A DNA stretch of 58,969 nt, filler included, from Sphacelaria rigidula (lineage: Eukaryota), in NCBI GenBank assembly GCA_964200075.2. It is 5 parts of 5 records of this genome, joined end to end, with 100 filler letters (N's around TTAATTAATTAA, not from the genome) between each part and the next. Parts side by side here need not be neighbours in the genome. Positions count along the whole stretch, not along the records: positions 47,259 to 58,969 come from CAXNAA020004604.1; 4 more parts are not named here. One strand, 5' to 3'. The notes beneath the pieces were generated by a model. It was not told where the DNA came from, searched no databases, and was given only the letters and a program-made list of their open reading frames with translations. Positions 56,401-58,969 of the stretch are shown in pieces. The translations under genes and the position numbers were made by a program. How positions within the stretch are numbered: position 1 is the stretch's first letter; the number at the start of each line of letters is the position of its first letter.

Positions 56401-58217
56401 TTTCCTCCAGCGAGTGTTTCAGTTTTGCTCATCTTGAGTACGTCTCGCATGAGATCACGGCTGGACCCCTGGGGGGCTAGTTAAAGTGAGACAGTCAATC
56501 AAACCGATCAGTGTCAACCGCGATGCCATCTCGTCCGGTGAAATGACCCCAGCCGACAAGAGACTCGACGTATAGTTGTTTTTTCATTGATGTAACAAGT
56601 TGTTCAACCCTTTGAGAACCCAGTGCTGATTTTAGTTTTTGTGAATCGGCATTATTTTGACTAGCACTGGGTTCCCAAAGGGTTGAACCTCGTGGTAAGT
56701 TTCGTCGCAGTAGCGGAGACGAGATGATTTCCTCAAAGGTTTAGATATTGCAAATGATTCACCACGGATACCCAACCAATTTTAGGCGGTACATTTTAAA
56801 TTTCGACGAGGGTCCTCTGATTGACCGGTCAATCGATCAACATCCTTCTCATCAATGTGGACGACGTTGAGGAAAATTCATCTTCCTAACCCCTTCCTTT
56901 TCTTGTTTGAAGCCGTGTTTTCCGGCTGAGTTCGCGTTTTATCAAATTATTTTCGACTCGAAAACGTGCGGTGGAATCGAATTCGCTCGTACCTCACACG
57001 CCCACGGCATTCATGTCGTCAACTATCTGATGAAATGAATCACATAGAAGACTTAGAATCAGATACGAGCGAATTCAATTCCACCGCACGTTTTTGACAC
57101 GACGTGGTTTGATAGGACACGGCCTGAGGAGAAAAAACTAAAAAAACAACGAAGAACAAAAGCACGCACCCGCAGAAAGCATGTCGAATGGGCATCCCCC
57201 CGCGTGATGTCGCGGCCATCAATCAACGTGCTGCTTTCGGACGCCTCCTTTTTTTTCGATGTCTTTTTTCCAGCCGCCGAGATACGGCTGTTACCATTTG
57301 GCCGTCAGGGTGGGTCGTCTGGAGGTGGCTCTATGCGGATCCCGTAGACAAACATCCGAGCTTCATCACACGTCACTTTTTGTCGGAACCATAATGCTAC
57401 CGCTAACCCCAACCCTACTTCCAACACCGGGTAGACCGCATATCTTCGGACAGGAGGGATACATGTGATGCGTCGTTTTGGCTCAACTCGGCGCCTATAT
57501 TGGCATTGATACCATGAGCCCTCTAATAATCTGAACATGATCATCCACACTAAAGCCAAGCTCATTTTTAAGCAATGGATTCTTGTCGCCAAGTTGTCAT
57601 ACAAGCTGATCGGTCATTTGGGTCTTACTTTCCAAGTAAATTTGATGAAACATTCAATACATGAACTACGCTGGTGGTCAACGGGTTGACTTCGTTCTGA
57701 AGTGCTTTTGTTTGTTTTGTTGTCTCTGTTTTTGGCGCTGGGGGGCGGGGGGAGGCGTACTCATTTGTTGCTTGCCTTATTCATTTGACCGTTGACCACG
57801 CATTTCTCCCGTCACGGAGCACCGCGTGGGGGTGTACTCATGAACATGCATGCCATAGTCATCAGACCATTGACCTCCTCGCATGGGGGCGGGGGGGAGG
57901 GCAAGAGGAAACAAAAAACATTCGTTTCGCAGTTGACGTGCCATGGTGAAGGAAAAGCTGTTGTGGATGACCGTCGCTGTTTTATATCATTTGTGCGAAT
58001 ATGTTGGGTGTGTGCAAGGTTCGAGTTTATTCGGGTCGTATTCGACGCTCAACCCCTGACACCGAGTAATCGCCGCATCCGTTTAGTTTCCTTCTGCCCC
58101 CCATCAGAAAACAATCCCGTGAAAGGCACCGGAGTGTTTCTTTACGTCACCTTGCCGAATGATGTATTCACCCTGTTCGAACACCCGCTCTTCCAAAGCA
58201 TCCGCTAGCTTGTTCAC
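47407..58217 (-). CDS. Tandem cyclic-nucleotide-binding domain protein (cGMP-dependent kinase / PKA-regulatory-like), internal part
   Basis: Exons 58151-58217 (VNKLADALEERVFEQGEYIIRQG), 55235-55416 (EHGEDFFLIESGTVSCTQ...GAGDYFGEMALMLDEPRAANCIA) and 47407-47561 (VTCLSLDRTRFFQLLGPIQTILQNNMRLRILKGVPLLSKLTNEELCRVADAL). Phases match. The FGEMAL..PRAA phosphate-binding cassette is followed by the start of the next cNMP domain. Confidence 0.88.
50112..51171. mobile_element. Non-autonomous TIR DNA transposon (CCCTGGACA termini) with 43-bp periodic internal arrays
   Basis: CCCTGGACA...TGTCCAGAG flanked by TG on both sides (possible 2-bp target-site duplication). Arrays at 50325-50539 and 50756-50960. 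A truncated relative starts at ~49457. Confidence 0.65.
51965..52092. mobile_element. MITE of ~128 bp, CCCTGGACA family
   Basis: CCCTAGACA...TGTCCAGGG; the interior aligns with 58348-58475. Confidence 0.75.
53215..53305 (-). mobile_element. Possible tRNA-derived SINE head
   Basis: Minus strand reads gagatcctgagtttgattcccggcccggtca, a degenerate B box in a T-arm-like context. No complete cloverleaf. Confidence 0.35.
56602..56688. repeat. 87-bp hairpin / mini-MITE
   Basis: gttcaaccctttgagaacccagtgct pairs with agcactgggttcccaaagggttgaac (one mismatch in 26 bp). Confidence 0.8.
56961..57094. repeat. Inverted repeat with 31-bp arms
   Basis: aaaacgtgcggtggaatcgaattcgctcgta pairs with tacgagcgaattcaattccaccgcacgtttt (30/31). 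Confidence 0.8.
57740..57900 (-). repeat. Two adjacent LINE 3' tails (both subfamilies)
   Basis: gcgtactcatttgttgcttgcctta...acggagcaccg, then gggggtgtactcatgaacatgcatgccatagtcatcagaccattgacc. Confidence 0.75.
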
Positions 58218-58308
58218 CTGGGGAAAAGGGACCGAGCGTGAGGGCGGTATACTCACTCAGGAGTCACCATTTTTCTAGTTTTGGGTGTCTCGCAACCAAG
58301 AAACGACA

Positions 58309-58347
58309 GTATCAGCATCAACATCAACATCAACATCAACATCAACA
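58309..58347 (+). repeat. (CATCAA)n microsatellite
   Basis: About six copies, directly abutting the MITE at 58348. Confidence 0.85.
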
Positions 58348-58475
58348 CCCTGGACAGAAGATTACAGTCAAAAAGTGTACTGCGTACAGTATCGACTGTT
58401 GCGCCTATTGCAACAGACATTGGATTCCCTACTGTACGCTGTACATTTCTTGGCAATAGAATCCAATGTCCAGGG
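58348..58475. mobile_element. MITE of ~128 bp, CCCTGGACA family
   Basis: CCCTGGACA...TGTCCAGGG; shares gtgtactgcgta.agtatcgactgttg.gccta.tgcaacagaca with 51965-52092. Confidence 0.75.
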
Positions 58476-58777
58476 TATGCAAGACACTCATCTCCACGTG
58501 ACGAAAATATGTAGCAAAATTCACAGTGAAAGGGAGGAGAAGCAAATGCCACAACGAGCAATAATCAAACGTAAGAACCACCAACTATTTACCAAACCAA
58601 TCAGCCGAACGGAACAGAATAGACGACAGCACAAAAAAGAACCAAGAAGATGAAATGAAACAAAACGAAGCAAATACAGAGCAACGAAGTGAAGTGAAGT
58701 GAACATGCACGGTACTACTCTGGCCGAAAACGAGAAACAGACGTTTTTTTTTCTCGATCCTCTTCCCTCCCCGATCG

Positions 58778-58915
58778 CAATGAGCGCCCAACCGCTGGAG
58801 GTGTCTCAACTGGGAGTAGGAACGGTGCTTAAACTCGAAAGGAATGCATACTCAACAGTCACAAGAATCAGGCACGCAACGAATGAGTACCCCCCCCCCC
58901 CCCCCCCCCCCACCC
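58778..58915 (+). repeat. LINE 3' tail with poly(C) near contig end
   Basis: caatgagcgcccaaccgctggaggtgtctc..gggagtaggaacggtgct...gcaacgaatgagtac followed by a C-run. Confidence 0.8.
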
Positions 58916-58969
58916 GAGCCCCCCGCAATGTCACCCGCCGTCTCCCTACCAGGCGGCCCCCCCTGCCCC

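Noticed and set aside
57020..57055. Hammerhead ribozyme core (CTGATGA)
   Set aside because: No GAAA with proper stem II/III geometry; the same applies to CTGATGA near 26215 and 48883.

Overview
Eukaryotic, intron-rich, repeat-rich DNA, probably a brown alga or related ochrophyte (inferred from exon/intron style and repeat content). The window is not one locus. It is five contigs of almost identical length (1-11715, 11816-23530, 23631-35344, 35445-47158, 47259-58969; 11,711-11,715 bp) joined by artificial 100-bp N44-TTAATTAATTAA-N44 linkers. Contig 1: nine minus-strand exons of a long coiled-coil protein built from a repeated exon pair. Contig 2: the first three coding exons of a CDKL5/LF5-type kinase and a possible decayed, signal-anchored TTL/ATP-grasp-like gene. 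Contig 3: a seven-exon TDP2-like phosphodiesterase (5' end unresolved) and a probable last exon of a convergent gene. Contig 4: transposon nest with a 7.8-kb LTR element lacking recognisable pol, a LINE fragment nested in it, a deleted chromodomain Ty3/Gypsy and a long foldback. Contig 5: three exons of a tandem cNMP-binding (PKG-like) gene whose 7.7-kb intron holds TIR elements with 43-bp-phased arrays. I cannot demonstrate a clearly new biological system. The best leads are the 43-bp phased arrays, the poly(C)-ended LINE family, the exon-pair repeat protein, the TTL-like relic and several hairpins. All alignments were done by eye; no searches were run.
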